Of a stretch of 64,000 bases of DNA, positions 63,062 through 64,000 are shown one piece after another. This DNA is from Ramazzottius varieornatus (taxonomy: Eukaryota > Animalia > Tardigrada). The stretch's first letter is position 1; each line of letters starts with the position of its first letter. Both the position numbers and the translations under genes were made by a program. The stretch lies in assembly GCA_001949185.1 (NCBI GenBank), contig BDGG01000001.1, positions 386,128-450,127 of the forward strand, written 5' to 3'. The notes below the pieces were generated by a model. It made no database searches. It was not told the origin of the DNA and saw only the letters and a program-made list of their open reading frames with translations.

Positions 63062-64000
63062 AGCTAGAGCACATGACGCAGCGTAGATAATCCTGCTCAG
63101 AACAGTATCGGCGAAGGCACGTTAAATACAAATACAGGTTGAAAATGCCAACTTGGTACCACCTCTTAACAATTATGGCGCTCTCGGCTGAGTGTGTGCT
63201 TGTCCTCCTATTTTTCCCTACTTTGACATCCCTTTTACTACCTTTTAAAAGTTACTTGGTCTCGGAGAATGTCTACAGGAGTCTCAGATTTGACCAGAGA
63301 TCGGGGAAGTTGCAACCGCGGAACTGCTCAGGCCGAAACTTTTCGCTGTTTCTCTCTCAAGGAGAAAATCCTTTTTCACTCAATTGCAATTTTAATCGAA
63401 AACTACTGATTACGAACCGTTTAGTGTAGTCCAGCTACCGATGAAAACATCGTGGTTCGTTGTACCACTTGTTGATTCACTGATACAGCAACTTTTTCAA
63501 AATCGTGCAAAAACAAAGGGTGATCGCTCAAAAACGAGATTTCTCGAAATGGTCTGAATTGTTTTCCGGAAAGTGAAAACATGAACGCGTGGCCGAATTA
63601 CGAGCTATCTAAATCAAAAACTGTTTAGGACAGACTGCGCAGAATCAGGATGTCGGAACACTTTGTATGAAAACAAGGTTTGCCTGAATCAATAACTTCC
63701 TTAAATTTTGAGGGAACTTCGAGAGATTTTTTGCCGGTTTCCGGAAAGATCTTGCATGTCCGACATTGACCAAAACTCAGGCCAAGGACTTAGCTAGACG
63801 AAAATCGGTTGTAAGTACAAACTCTTGGTTTTCAACACACTTTGAAATTTTTTTCCATGAGGAGGGGTTTTCTGGCAAGATGGTCAAATTCGACAATATT
63901 AATTCATGTCTAAAGTAGTGTGATCTTTTTGCGATCTATTCTAATTTTCAGTGAAAACCTAGGTAGTTATAGCCAGGCTACAGTCAAATTGGGGATGGAT

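Overview
Eukaryotic (animal) genomic DNA with short GT-AG introns and two 50-N assembly gaps. The compact introns, the orphan aminergic-like GPCRs and the ANF-receptor protein suggest a compact invertebrate genome such as a tardigrade (inference only). The first ~35 kb is accessory and transposon-rich. It holds a degenerate CAP-Gly/FMR1-type KH/RING chimeric gene, a GPCR plus its pseudogene, and an IS630/Tc1-like element. It also holds a 6.56-kb CACTA/CMC transposon (CCCTA termini, GTG target duplication) whose transposase carries a C-terminal chromodomain and which splits a kinase pseudogene, a cyclase-less ANF-receptor protein, two Ly6/quiver-like genes and many MITEs. From 36 to 57 kb lies a housekeeping block: CFAP206, ILRUN, stefins, an HR3/ROR-like receptor apparently lacking a ligand-binding domain, PRORP head-to-head with TFB2M, RPA2 and tRNA-Lys(CTT). 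The most striking unexplained structure is a family of at least 13 palindromes, AAGTGGCGCAC-N25-GTGCGCCACTT (47 bp, near-fixed spacer length, variable spacer sequence), found almost only in introns.
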